A stretch of 64,000 nucleotides of DNA, from NCBI RefSeq assembly GCF_009914755.1, contig NC_060928.1; one strand, given 5' to 3'. Source of the stretch: the human T2T-CHM13v2.0 reference genome, Homo sapiens. Shown here one piece after another: positions 1 to 12,575 of this stretch (position 1 is its first letter; every line of letters starts with the position of its first letter). The notes under the pieces are model-generated. The model searched no databases. It was not told where the DNA came from and worked only from the letters and a program-made list of their open reading frames with translations. The translations under genes and the position numbers were made by a program.

Positions 1-3000
1 ACAATGTTTTGTTTCTGCTCATATAGACATTTACAGATTTAAAAATTATTCCAAAGGCCGAGCAACATCACATCTTCAACTTCTGAGATGGATTATATAT
101 AACATGTCCTAAAGAAAAAGGGATGGAGCTTGTGAGAAAATATATTTTGTTCAGTCTAGTTCAACAGACAGCAGGTGGCCCTTAATGAAGGCTTACAAGA
201 TGTTCTCGACTGGGGATACAAAATTGAATATAATATAGTCTATCAGAGTATACTTTGGGTCAGGTTTTTTTTTTTAACTTTTACTGTATTTGCCTATATC
301 CTAAATATAACAATCTCTCACTTCTGGTCCACCAAAGTAAGAAAACCTACTTTAAAAAATAAGTTGAAAATGATTTTATTGGCAGTATTAACAAAATGTA
401 GTGATTGGAGGTCCTTCAAAATTAAGAACCCACACAAATACTCAACACAGGTCTGCCCCTACTCCCTTGTATTGTTAGAAATGTGTTTATTTCATAACAT
501 GTACCTACAGGTTAAGCTATCTTCTAAAGCTCTTTAGGGAGGACAGCTACTTTTTGCTTTCCCATTTTTGACTTCCAGAAACACTTTTAATTCCTTAAAA
601 AGTATTCTAGTTCTGAAAATCCTAAAAAGCTTTGCTACATATTCTACTCACACAATTAAGCTCCATCAAAGTATGCAAGTTGTGTTTTTACTTATGCTTG
701 AAAGTTGATGCTGCGAAGTGAAAATACTTCATGTTGACAGTTAACACTCTGACCTGATTCAAGGCCAATTCTCAGTCCAGCTTTTCAGGAAAAAGCACTA
801 TGTGGTGAGGAATAGGAGATAAAAAAGTGGCAAACAAAACAAAACAAAAAAAAACCACAGCCTTTTCTTCACTCCTCTCCTCTCTATATCTTGGGAGCTA
901 TTTTTCATGCCACAGGAGTACAATATATAACATGGATAAAACTTCGAATGCTCTACGTAGTGAAGTGGTACCAAAGATCTACTTCCTAAAAAGCACCAAA
1001 TAAAAATGCAGTAATAAAATGATCCAAAGGGGTTTCTACTCACTTGTTCACATAAACCAGACCCCATCATTCCTGTGCTTTCATTTTCCAAAAGTGAGAT
1101 TAGACCCTTATAAAAATGTACTTCCAAAATAAATTTCTAGAATATAAAAACGTTCTACATTTTTCCAGCCCATGTATCATTATAAAATAGGAAATCAGAA
1201 AATTAGCTACTGCAATTTTCATATGGTAAAAAATATTTTTATGTGTACACATACACATATATAAAAATGCAAGTTTTAAATTTCAATAAAAATTTACCAA
1301 TTAACTTGATCATGTATTGAATTATACAAAAGAAATGTTGATTATCTGTAATGAGAACAAACTGCAAAGGATTGCAATTCCATCTACTGGAATCTAAGAC
1401 TTTCCCATGTGAAAAAAAAAAAAAAAAAATCAAAGTCTCCAATCGACTACCCAATAAACAATCACTGGTGTCTTTTTCAGGTGCAACAACTCTTTAGTTT
1501 CATTCACTGCACCCCACAAATCGCCTAAGACAGGAATAGCCCCTGGAGGGAGGGAAATGCAAGTTGGGGCTGCCTCGGGGTTGTGCCATCTGTGCTCTAC
1601 CTGGAAGGTCAGCGCCCAGCTGCACAGGCAAGTGAAGACTAGAATCCTGTCTTAAGCACTGACCCAGCCACCTATCTGCCCAAGAGGCTGTGCTTGTGCA
1701 GGGGGTGGGCCTTTTTCTAAAGAACACAAATGGGTAGATAAATGACAGTCCTGACATCTGTTGGTAGAGAGGGGAGTGGAAGGAGTGTTCCTGGAGTTGC
1801 TTCCCTGAGAAAGCTGAGCAGCAGGGTAAGCATGAATGTGGTTAAGACAAATTAGAAACAGCGTTACTATCAATGAAAACTAGGGATCGTGTTCCTGTAA
1901 CTTTAGCAAAAACAGTGGGAGGTCTCCATTTTGTTGATTCCTGCCATTTTCTAGTAATCGCATGAGGGAAAACCTTAAGGGGTCTCAAAGGCACAGAAAG
2001 GAAGAAACAGTGGGCAAGGAAGTTGTGCTAGTCCACAGGAGGGCCGGTTCAGAAGAAATGGCAAAGGGAGTCTAGTGTCCATGAATCAAAGGGATCAAGA
2101 AGAGAGAAGACAGCATCCACCCATGGTCTTTGGATGAATCCCAAATGAAAACTAAAGGGCATATGAAACCCTTTTCACAACTTTATGAGCCTACCTTGAA
2201 CTGTGTTTGCGAGTTTTACCTATGTTGTAAGCCTGTTCCCTAGCATTTTAAATTGGTCACTTATGTTTCTGGGAGTGGTAAGGGCAAAGAGAAAATAGTT
2301 TTAGATATTTTCCTTTTGTAATCTCTTTTTGTCTTTGCAAAAAGGTACGTTCCCTTCCCATATGTCATAAACCAATGTATTTTAAAGAAAGCAAAAGCTA
2401 AGTATTTGAAAATGTTATCTTTCTTCTAACACTTGCTGTGAAAGGAGTAAATTCAGGCAAGCAGTTGAAAACATTCTTTAAAATGGCCAGTAAAAGCAAA
2501 ACTCTTTGTGCTATACGGAACACTCGGGAGTATTACAAAACCAGGGAGGGAGTAAAAGAATGGCCATTTCTCTATAACCAAATTGAAGACAGTAAAGTAG
2601 AAAATATAATTTCCATTGTGCACCAAATACTCAGAACACAAATTAAAGCAAAAACAAAATGGATGTGCACACCAAAACAAAGGTTTTTCTGTAGCATTTA
2701 TATGAAGAGCATGTGTAAAACATTCTCAATCTGCCCCTCTGAATGGATTATGAAAGATCAGTATGTACTCAGAAAACGGGGTGCTAAACAAAGAAAAGTC
2801 TCAGATCCCACTGAAAATCTGTTCAGTTTCACAGGCTCTCTCCAGAAAAATGCATATGTACCAATTTGCATGTACAATTTCAGAGCCTTCAAATACATTC
2901 TGGGGTCCAATCACATACTTCAGGTTCAGACTCCTAGCTCCCAATATTCCTACAGTTCTGAAGAATTAGCAGTCCTCTCATTTCTACAGTCTGTATTTTT

Positions 3001-3076
3001 TCTACTGAATCTTGGTGGAGGGACTCCAAACCAGAATAAACTAAAAGATAACTTGCTTTAAAGAGTAACTGTTTAC
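1..3076 (-). other. ZNF518B: ZNF518B 3'UTR (probably continues beyond window start)
   Basis: AT-rich sequence downstream of the TAA with no recognisable interspersed repeats; minus-strand AATAAA at 375-380 and 486-491 are possible alternative poly(A) signals. Confidence 0.65.
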
Positions 3077-6000
3077 TTATTTGCCCTTGGAGGAAAGAAC
3101 ATCCCAATCTCTAGTTGCTTCTATCAAATGCCGTTGGCCATGACTCATCCACTCTTCCTGGTCTTCATACAGTCGCCCACAAAACCAGCACTTAAATACA
3201 CACTGTGAAGAATCATCAGGCAAGGAATCCACTACCTGGTAGTTGTTTTTATGAACTTTTTTGAGTTTCATTTTCAACATCATTTGCCTTTTAATTTGAC
3301 TGGCTTCTTCCGCATTCTGGTAGGTCAGGCGTACATGATGCCGTCTGATGCCTAGCTGACACCTAGTCCTCTCTGATAAAACAACTTTGAGGACATTGCC
3401 TTTGTATTTATTTATTACCTTCATCACATTGGTCACTTCTGGCGAGTCCACATCAGGGTGGTTTAACACAATGACTGGCTGGTTCCGACGGGGACACTTA
3501 ATCAACTGATCTGGCTTAGCTGCTATCAGTCTTAGTTGCCTTGCAACCTGAAAAATTGAAGGATCCTTGAGACAGCGGCTAGGTTCAGCTTGAATTTTGT
3601 TTTTCTTCCTGGATAAGTGTACTTGTTTGGTTTTATTTCTACTTATAGAAAGACTTCTGGAAAGCAGTCTCCCTTGCTTATTTAATTCACTGCTTCCTTG
3701 CTGTCCATACAAGAGGCCAGTTTTTCTATGGATGGTGCTACAGACAGCACTCTCTTTTCTCAGTTTAGGCCGCAGAGGTGTCTCGATATTTGGGGACATA
3801 TCTATTGGCCCCCTTTCACTTCTTAAAGGCTGTAAGTCTGAGTCCGCCTGTCTCACAGGGCAAAATGGAACTGGTTTTATTAACTGTCTTTCACTGCAAG
3901 GTATGCTGACAGGTGCTTCACATGTAGCCTCTATGATGTGGGCATTCTCAGAGGAATTAAGAACCCTCAACACAGCCCCTTTGGGGATTAACACTGGCGT
4001 GGCAACATGAGCCTTCCTGGCCACTCTGCTTTTGGTTTTCCTATTACTGCCATCTGCAAAGTGTGGATATATTTGTTGATGAGTAAGCTGTCTATTACCA
4101 GTAATACCACCATCATTCGGAGGTTTCTGAAGAGTACCTGTGGAATGGCCAAGACCAGTGAGTGACACGTTGATTTCTTGAATACCTTCAGAGGTAGCTT
4201 TTGAAGTTCCCTTTGATGCCTGCCCTACAGAGCGACGATGTGCACTATTTGAAGCCAAAGATGACGGCTTCCCACAGGACTCAATTAACTGAGCTATCTT
4301 TCTGCGCAACAGTTCAATTGACTTTATTTTAGACGTTGAGCTATTCCACTTAATGCCCTCGGGGACATTTTCAGATCCAGAGCTCAGAGAAAATACTGAT
4401 GAGATGACTGGGCCATCATTAGTGTTGTTAGTCCTTTCAGAATTCTTTAATTCCAAAGGCTTATCCCCAGGCTGTTGAGATCTATCTTCTCCAGTTATGT
4501 TTATATGTAAATACTCACTCTTATGTTGAGAGGAAATCTGGCCTACAGTTGAAACTGCCTTGTGTTCCTCTGTCTGGTTATCTTCCTGCTTCCTATTAGA
4601 GGAAACCACTTTTACAGGAATATTGACTTTACTTGTAGATTCCAAGTCATTTTCACTTACAGGCAATAAGCCCTTTTCTCCAGAGAAGGAACAGGTTGCA
4701 GGTGATGCAGCAAATGGGAGTAACTGCTGTGAGTTACTGTGTAAATTTCTTCCACTTTCAGCAAAACAAACAGCAGCTTTATATGGAAAAGGGTTTGATG
4801 CAGCTCCAAGACTACGTAAAACACTGTTTTTAAATACAGATGCTAGAGAATGACCTTTTAAGGCAACGGAAGGAAAAGCAGTTCTATGTGGATACAAATT
4901 ATTTTTTTTCTGAAAATCCTCAATTGTTTCCGAATTAATGAAGGATTTTCCATTGTTGTGCACACTAGAATTTGGCATAATAAAATCATAAGACCTTACC
5001 CATTTCACATTTTTAAGCTGTTTCTGAACTGAAGGTTGAAAACTATCAATGCCTACGAGTTTTCCAACATTCCCGTCAACTGTCAGTGACTTTGTTTTTT
5101 CTGCAGAAAGTACTTTTTCTTGTTCATTTGAACCCTTCTCTTTCACCATACGTTCAGAATTACCTCCATTATCCCTCCCAGCTTCAAGGCAATTATTTTC
5201 TTCCAGCGGAAACAGTTTCAGAACAAGCTGCTGTGTACCATTGACAACCTTCACGTCTATCAACTGGGCTAAACAGTTTGCAGGGACAACTAGTTCTGCT
5301 GGTGCAACAACTGTCAATGGCATACCTGGCTGAACAGGTTCTTTTGCAGGGGATAACACTTCTACTTCAACATTTTTGTTCTCAAATAGGTTGACTTCAT
5401 TTGGCTCAGACAGGGTCATTTTATTTGGAATACAAACTACATCTTTTTGGTATTCCTTTGGTTCAGGTAACAACATGATATTGTGCATTTTGTCTTTATT
5501 TGCATGGAGAGAGAAACCTGACAGTTGGTCTGACCACTTATTTTGAAATGTAGTCCGTGGATTGGAAGCTTTTAGAAGCTCTGGGTTTTGTTTTGAAGTT
5601 CCGGTTCTTTTTGGCTCCAGCTTGGCAACAGCTTTGACTGGCCGTTTCGCACCTGCCCTTTCATGTACTCTCTTCGTGTGTTTGACAATATAATCATTTC
5701 TAATAGCACCATAGTCACAATACTCACACTGATAAGGAAATATGCCTGTGTGTTTCACCAAATGCCTCTGAAACTCTCCTTTCGTATACGAAATGTAGCT
5801 GCAGTGAGAACAAATGAATTTAATCTCCTCGTGTTGAAGGGTGTGCTTTTTGTACTGCAGCGGGTCCTTTGTAGAGAATCGACATTTATCACAATAGTAT
5901 TTGCCTGGCTTAAAGTTCCTTACCTTAAATTTGCTATTGACAGAACTTGAGAAGTTTTCAGTTTTATTTCCAACATGAGTCGCACTGGAATTATTGCTCA

Positions 6001-6301
6001 CAAAATGAAAATTGGGAGGAGCTGCACCGAGGCTGCACTGGAAGCAGACATACATACCGTCCTTCCCTGTACCCTTCTGCAAATCTTGAAGAGAGATCTT
6101 GTGAACACTTTTGCACTTTGCACATGTAGCAATGGTCATCATGGCAGCCTCTGCCTCTGAGCCTTGATACAAAAGGGTTTGTGCTTCTTGTCTATTTGGC
6201 CGAGGTGCTCCATTAGCATCAGGCTGTTTGGGTGACATGGTCAAGGAATTATGTCCGCCGTTCAAGTGTGTAGTGTATAGCTGCTGTCCAATATCCTTCA
6301 T
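3077..6301 (-). CDS. ZNF518B: Zinc finger protein 518B; whole CDS in one exon (1074 aa)
   Basis: Long uninterrupted ORF. The first in-frame ATG is at 6301-6299 (MKDIGQQLYT...); the track start at 6328 is a TTG. N-terminal C2H2 cluster (YYCDKC..H..QH, FICSHC..H..KH, TGIFPYQCEYC..H...VH), C-terminal finger FKCWFCGR...H...H, and PRRNQPVIVLNHPD segment; sequence recognised as ZNF518B. Confidence 0.95.
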   Translation of the reverse strand: MKDIGQQLYTTHLNGGHNSLTMSPKQPDANGAPRPNRQEAQTLLYQGSEAEAAMMTIATCAKCKSVHKISLQDLQKGTGKDGMYVCFQCSLGAAPPNFHFVSNNSSATHVGNKTENFSSSVNSKFKVRNFKPGKYYCDKCRFSTKDPLQYKKHTLQHEEIKFICSHCSYISYTKGEFQRHLVKHTGIFPYQCEYCDYGAIRNDYIVKHTKRVHERAGAKRPVKAVAKLEPKRTGTSKQNPELLKASNPRTTFQNKWSDQLSGFSLHANKDKMHNIMLLPEPKEYQKDVVCIPNKMTLSEPNEVNLFENKNVEVEVLSPAKEPVQPGMPLTVVAPAELVVPANCLAQLIDVKVVNGTQQLVLKLFPLEENNCLEAGRDNGGNSERMVKEKGSNEQEKVLSAEKTKSLTVDGNVGKLVGIDSFQPSVQKQLKNVKWVRSYDFIMPNSSVHNNGKSFINSETIEDFQKKNNLYPHRTAFPSVALKGHSLASVFKNSVLRSLGAASNPFPYKAAVCFAESGRNLHSNSQQLLPFAASPATCSFSGEKGLLPVSENDLESTSKVNIPVKVVSSNRKQEDNQTEEHKAVSTVGQISSQHKSEYLHINITGEDRSQQPGDKPLELKNSERTNNTNDGPVISSVFSLSSGSENVPEGIKWNSSTSKIKSIELLRRKIAQLIESCGKPSSLASNSAHRRSVGQASKGTSKATSEGIQEINVSLTGLGHSTGTLQKPPNDGGITGNRQLTHQQIYPHFADGSNRKTKSRVARKAHVATPVLIPKGAVLRVLNSSENAHIIEATCEAPVSIPCSERQLIKPVPFCPVRQADSDLQPLRSERGPIDMSPNIETPLRPKLRKESAVCSTIHRKTGLLYGQQGSSELNKQGRLLSRSLSISRNKTKQVHLSRKKNKIQAEPSRCLKDPSIFQVARQLRLIAAKPDQLIKCPRRNQPVIVLNHPDVDSPEVTNVMKVINKYKGNVLKVVLSERTRCQLGIRRHHVRLTYQNAEEASQIKRQMMLKMKLKKVHKNNYQVVDSLPDDSSQCVFKCWFCGRLYEDQEEWMSHGQRHLIEATRDWDVLSSKGK

Positions 6302-6511
6302 CTTATCTGCATTTCTAAAAAGAGCCAACTAAAATCAGAAAGTTTTCACATGATAAAATCCTTAGGAGATATCCTTCTATACAGTTTGTGATGGGTAGGG
6401 GCGCAGCTACTTCTTGGGTGCATACTTAATTATCTTTCTTTATATACTGCCGCAGTAGGTGCATGATCCCAAAATATGACTGCTTTCAGCTCTCTGACAT
6501 TCCAGGTAACA
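6302..6511 (-). other. ZNF518B: 5'UTR part of ZNF518B coding exon; acceptor TTTTGTTTTCCTTTAG with AG at 6513-6512
   Basis: Good polypyrimidine tract plus AG on the minus strand 210 nt upstream of the ATG; nearby alternative AGs cannot be excluded. Confidence 0.65.
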
Positions 6512-7594
6512 CTAAAGGAAAACAAAATTATAAAGCATGATTAATATAAGAGTTTGGCTAAGCTATTAACAAACTTATCCTATATTTTAATGGCCTTGGA
6601 CATTTTATGGTAAATCTCAACGTATGATTTTAGACGCATGTTATAACAATAACACAACAGAGTTGGCAAGTAAGCCTAAATTGAAAACATTTTCAAACTC
6701 AGCCCCCTATAAATGACCACTTTAGCCAAATCATGAATGAACACAGATATACCAGGAACAAGGACATCATAGCAGCCATTCAGGACAGCCTTTGGTCAGG
6801 GAAAGTCATTTTCAAGTGTCAGTGAGCACATCTTTCATAGGTATAATTTCATATTACCTTCACAAAAATGTTATACAGGACACTGTCAGTTCAATTTTTG
6901 AACAAGTTAGTTATCAAGTGGTAGAGCTAGGGCTTTGGCCTGGGGTGTTCACATTTGTTTCTACATTATAGCTTATTATCAGCTTGAATACCAACTCTCT
7001 CACTTACATGCTTAATTTGCCTTCATGAGTGCTAAGAAGCCCATAATACTGACAATGTTAGCAAGCCTGCTGCAGCATCTTATTGGGAATCTACTATGTG
7101 CTGGGCATTATTCAAAAGTGCTGTAAGGTAGTGAATGAAAGCAAATCAGTCCCTCTCCTGGTGATGCACACACTGCACAGGGGGAAACAGATTACATATT
7201 TGCCAATGGTGGTAAGATACTTGGGAAAAAAGCAAGGCCAACAGGACAGGGAAGACCACGGTGATGAGGTTGCGGGGCTGGGTGTGGAGGTGAGGAGAGT
7301 CAGGAGAGGCCTCATGCTAAGTTCATGTCTGAGCAGAGACCTGGGGGCAACCACAGTGAGCATTGTGGCTGCTGGAAAAGGGGTGTTTCAAGCACAGAAA
7401 AGGCAATGATCTGTGGGAAGTGGGCCTGCTGCTCATGAGGAACAGCAAGGAGAATGGGGAACGGGACATGTTCTAGGAAAGACAATAACCCAGTATTGTA
7501 CGGACATGGCAGAGGAGAGGCTGGAGCAGAAAGGAGATCACGGATGGCCTGGCCTGGGACACAAGAGGTGACGAAGGTTTTCTAGAGCAAGTAA

Positions 7595-7924
<330 letters not shown>

Positions 7925-9156
7925 TGACTCTTTTATACAATCTTTAAAGACACTTATTTTCCCAGAATATGGCAAACTAGGAGCATAACAAAATCCATTC
8001 TAGTTTGGAATCTGCTAAAAGCCTTTCTTTCATGACTTAAGAAAGTCACTTAGATCTTCTGAACCTCAGTTTTTCATCTAGCAACTAGAATTAGGAACAA
8101 TTATCCAATTCCTCCCAGAGCCGCCATGATGATTAGAATGCTAGAGTATAAGAACACTAGAGTATAAGAGAAGACTTTTGAAATTTTTGAGTCCTTCTCC
8201 AAGTGTCAAGAGGCACCCAGAGGGACTCAGTCAGTGTTTGTTCAATGACAATGATGGGTGGCAACACAGGTAGCTTCCTTCTGGCACAATGCTAACAGGC
8301 CAAGAGCCATATAAAGGTAGTCTGAAAGACCGACGTCGGGGAGTTTAAAAAAGCCCCTCCACAGGGGCTCAAGAGATACAACAGTAACGCACTCAGATCT
8401 GGTGTAAAACCTGCCCTTTGGAAAGCACCAAAATAACACATCATATCTGATGACAAGCTGTATTTTCTTTGGCAGTGTCGTCTTTTCCTACTCTACTTTT
8501 GCGAAAGATAGCCACCTTCTTCAAAAGCAATTTCCAGCATGAAATCAAGCCCTCAGTCAGACTTGCTCTATCTTAAGTATGCATACAACACTTAGACATC
8601 AAGCAGATGGAGGCCTGCAGGGTTGCAGTGGGGGGCTGGAGAAACATCTGTCCCCTCAATGTTCAAACACATACCTGTGTAAGGGGACCATGATTTTGCA
8701 CAGGACACATGAATGCCTCAAGCTGGCAAACAATACATGGGCAAAGATAAGGCCTTTTACATTACACTGCATTTCTGGAAGAGACAACACAACTTTCAGA
8801 GGAGTCATTATGAGAAGCTGGCACACACTTAAATTTCCAAATTTGCAGAGGCTTTAGTGAAGGAAGACAGAAGTAACTCCCAGGATTTCTGCTGCTCATC
8901 AAGTGACCTCAAGCAAGAACTTACCTGCATCTCTATTATCTATTAAAAAAAGGCCCATGACTTCTATGCCCAGTCCGACACTGCTGATCCTCGAAATCAC
9001 ACACTTTATCATCTAAAGAATGCTACCATCATCAATATAGTCATGTCAACATTGTTATCCAGATAAAACGGAAAAGCTGCAGCAGCAGCCAGAACCCAAG
9101 AAAACCAAAGCCTAAGGAATGAAAAGGCTTAAGACTGGTGATAAGGGGGATCTGGT

Positions 9157-9332
9157 CCAGCGTTCTCAACTTGGAAAAGCCTCAGAATCAGAGCAAAAAT
9201 GGACAATTTCCCAGGCTTCATCTCAAAGCGAGTGAATCTAAGTCTCAGGAGAGAAGAAAGGAAAGGAGATTTTTGTGGCTTGTAAAGGCACCCTAGGTAA
9301 TCCTGATGAAAAGCCAGCATTCCAAATTACTG
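9157..9332. mobile_element. MER5-like hAT-Charlie fragment
   Basis: CAGCGTTCTCAAC...CCCTAGGTAATCCTGATG resembles MER5. Confidence 0.45.
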
Positions 9333-10198
9333 GCTGAAGCTTCTGAGAATATTTAAATCCTTAAAACATCTTCTCCAATTGACCATGCAGCTGATAGTTT
9401 AATATCGCCATAAACAAAAAACCACTTCCCTCTATAGGCAGCCAATTTTATATTCACATAGTTCTCATTACCAACAATTTACCCTTAAATGAAACAGAAA
9501 TCAGCTTTCCTATAAATTTCCTTGTTCTGCCTTGACTCTGGAGCAACAAAAATAAACTTAATTCCTCTTGGTCAACCAGTTACCAATCTGCACCTCTCTC
9601 ATCCTCAGTTCTCAATTCTCTTCCAAAGATTTGCATATAAGTTGATATCTGTTTATGCTCTGATCTACCAGTCTTGTAATACTAGTGTGTGAGAAAGAAA
9701 CCTGCCTGCCACAATTTGCTTACCAACTATTTGAACATAACACCCTCTATATTAGCCCTAAGAAATTCTCAACTAAGTCATGTGACAAGATTCCTCTATT
9801 TGAACAATCATCCAAACCAGGATTCCACTGGCTCATTTTCAGTGTTTCAGCCTCTTGCTCAGCCCCCAGGAGTCTTCAAAAATCCCAGAAGGCACTTTTG
9901 CCATTTTTCTCTCTAAGTCCTTTCAAAAGTTGGGGGCGGGAAGGTATCATTTATTCTAAAACTAAATACTTGAAAATCTGAGACAGACTGGGCAGTAAGA
10001 TCACGTCCATCAGCAAGGAATGGAGAGCATCCCAGCCAAGGAAAGTCCCCAGAGAATACACAAGCCAGCCAGAACGCATGAGGAAGGCAGAGTCTTGGAG
10101 AGGCCTCTGCAAAACTTTCTCAGCAGTTATTTTGAATTAAGAATCCATAGGAGCAAGTGCCAATATGAAGCATGCAGCCATGATTATTAGCAAATGCA

Positions 10199-10310
10199 GT
10201 GTGATGGGGAAGGCAGGACATCTGGGCCATAAATGAATTATGTCACCTGTTTGAAAGTATCTTCTTGGCTTCTGAACTATGCTCAAGATAATGCAATGTT
10301 ACTACATTGC
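10199..10310. repeat. 112-bp direct repeat, copy 1 (ZNF518B intron)
   Basis: Ungapped match to 12576-12687 with 6 mismatches. Confidence 0.95.
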
Positions 10311-11319
10311 CACATCCCTCTGTGCAAGTGAAAAAGATGTGAGGTTTCTTCATAACAAGTAGATGGGAGTTCTCTTTGGCCTTTGTAACCTGTGTCTAGT
10401 AACAGAGGGAAATGCATCTCAGATGTAATACTCCAAGACAAGGTAAATGGACACAGCCACATGGAAGAATGAAGATGGTTCTGATGTTGGTATTTACACG
10501 TGGACACTCCTGAGGGACAGCAGGCATATCTGTGTAAAAGCCTCTCAGCCCGTCCCTTCCACACAACGTCCTCCATGGTTCACATCCAAGTATACACACC
10601 TGTGAAGCTGAGTCCTCTTGGCAAGTTATGACTCTCTGGATGGATGACCAAGGAGTACAAAAAGACACCGGAGACAAAGCTGTGCATGGGTATGCTGGCA
10701 CTGAAAGGGTACTCAATAAATTACTATTAACAGCAGGGTCAGTGTTTGCCTACCGTGCAAACTCTCAACATCTGTTGCAAAAGCCTCTGCATTTGGCGTC
10801 TTAGGACTTTCAGATAGCTTAGGAAAGGTCTCGAAAACACAGAAAAGAATACCATTAATTTTATGGTGCAATAAATAAGATGTCCATTTATTAATCTGCC
10901 TGTTTTCAAAAAATTATTTAGCAACATACAGTGAGTTTTCTAATGTAGAATAATGTACAGCATGAGCCAAAGATGACTGCCACGCACCAAAGGCAAGAGG
11001 CACGGTGTGTCACAGATGTGCTCTCTGGACTGAGTCTTATCTTTCTTCAAAAGAAAGACCTGGAAATAGCCCTGAATGCATTCACTGTTGGTGGGTTTTC
11101 TTTTGATTTTCAGCTCACTTGCCCTGTTTTCTTAAAGACTTATTATGGGGACATAAAAACAAACAAAGTATCGAGTTTGGGAGAATCCACATCAGTGACA
11201 TTGAGGGCTATAAAAAAACATAAAAGACTGTGTAAGTTCCTATTAAAAACGAAGCATTTGACTTCTAAATACTGGAAACATCTAATGCTCAATAAAATTT
11301 GAAGAGAAGTAAGTGGTAA

Positions 11320-11510
11320 CATAGTGTTTAAAGCTAGAGATTCTGGAATCAGATTATAAAGTTTAAAATCCCAGCTCTATCACTTTCTAGATATACAACC
11401 TGGGTATACCCACTGTTTTGATTCCTTACCTGTAAAATGAGATAGAAACAGTACCTACCTACCCCACAGAGTTACTGTGAGGATTAAATGACTGACATAT
11501 CATAACCTGT
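11320..11510 (+). mobile_element. MIR SINE
   Basis: TCCCAGCTCTATCACTT...CTGTAAAATGAGATA...GTTACTGTGAGGATTAAATGA core. Confidence 0.65.
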
Positions 11511-12575
11511 TAAAAATATTATTTTCCATTTTTTAATTTAAAAAAATACCAATCACATAGTCAGAGGGGCTAAAATACAGTTTTCTTAGCTGCCTAATTA
11601 ACTGCTGTATTCAGAACATGCCCTGAATCTCACTTTATATTTTATTTGTTTGGTTATACCGCCCGAAAGATAATTTACCTCTGTGGCAAAACCACCCACC
11701 TAGCTTTAGTGCAAAGGGGCTAACAGCCATTTATAATTACCATAGAAAAGATGCTCCACTTACAAGAGTACTCACTACAATTTAGGTTTATATATAAACT
11801 AGTTACGAAACTACCTTTTCCTCACCCACTTCTCTCAAAGTTCAGCCAAATTGTGAAATATCCCTGTAGCAAATGAATGTGTTTCTGTGATAAATGTTAA
11901 TGTGAAAAGGAAAGGTGGGTGGCCAATTATATCGCATACATGCTACATGGACCACCACATACATTTCTGTTCAGGAGATGCCCAGCAAGCTCAGTGTTAG
12001 TTGACTGTGACTGCATCGTTTTTGGATGTAGAAGCAAACTTAAGCAGCTCTTTTCAGGAATGCTGACCCCAAAGTCCGCCTTTGAATGTGGCTCTACCAT
12101 ACTCATTGCTGGGGCAGGGTATAGCTGCTGTACCCATGAAGATCACATGAAATGGAGTGGCAGGGTTTACAGTTCCAACTCTGATCCTGTCCCTCATTTG
12201 CAGGGTCCTTCAGCAAATAATTTTTCTCTGTGCATTGCCAAGCAAGGAATAATGCTTTACCGTAAGCAAACTTAAAGGGCGATCAGGAGATGCAAACTAG
12301 ATAATGTATGCAAAGCATTAAGCCCAATGGCATAACCACTTACAAATTATATCTATATTCCTTCTGTCTCTTTCACCATAGCAAAGGCTTGTCTAGCTTT
12401 CCCAGTAACCAAATTTTTAAAACAATTCTACCCCAAAGTGCCCAGTGAACAATTAAAATCGATCAGGAAAAAAAAATCAACATTAGACATCAACTGCCAA
12501 AATTTCCCCAGTAGGATGATATTGAGGAAGAAACTGTTGCCTCAGAAACAGCTTTCTAAGACCATTAATATGAAT

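Noticed and set aside
2438-3061. 207-aa plus-strand ORF
   Set aside because: Antisense to the ZNF518B 3'UTR, starts at GTG, no recognisable domain.
3597-6160. Several plus-strand ORFs of 60-137 aa
   Set aside because: Shadow ORFs opposite the ZNF518B CDS.
6302-6328. N-terminal extension MALFRNADK in the ORF track
   Set aside because: It starts at TTG (a prokaryotic-style call); the first in-frame ATG is at 6301.
10199-10276. C/D-box snoRNA reading (GTGATGG...CTGA) on plus strand
   Set aside because: Antisense to the host gene, imperfect C box, and the CTGA is mutated in copy 2.
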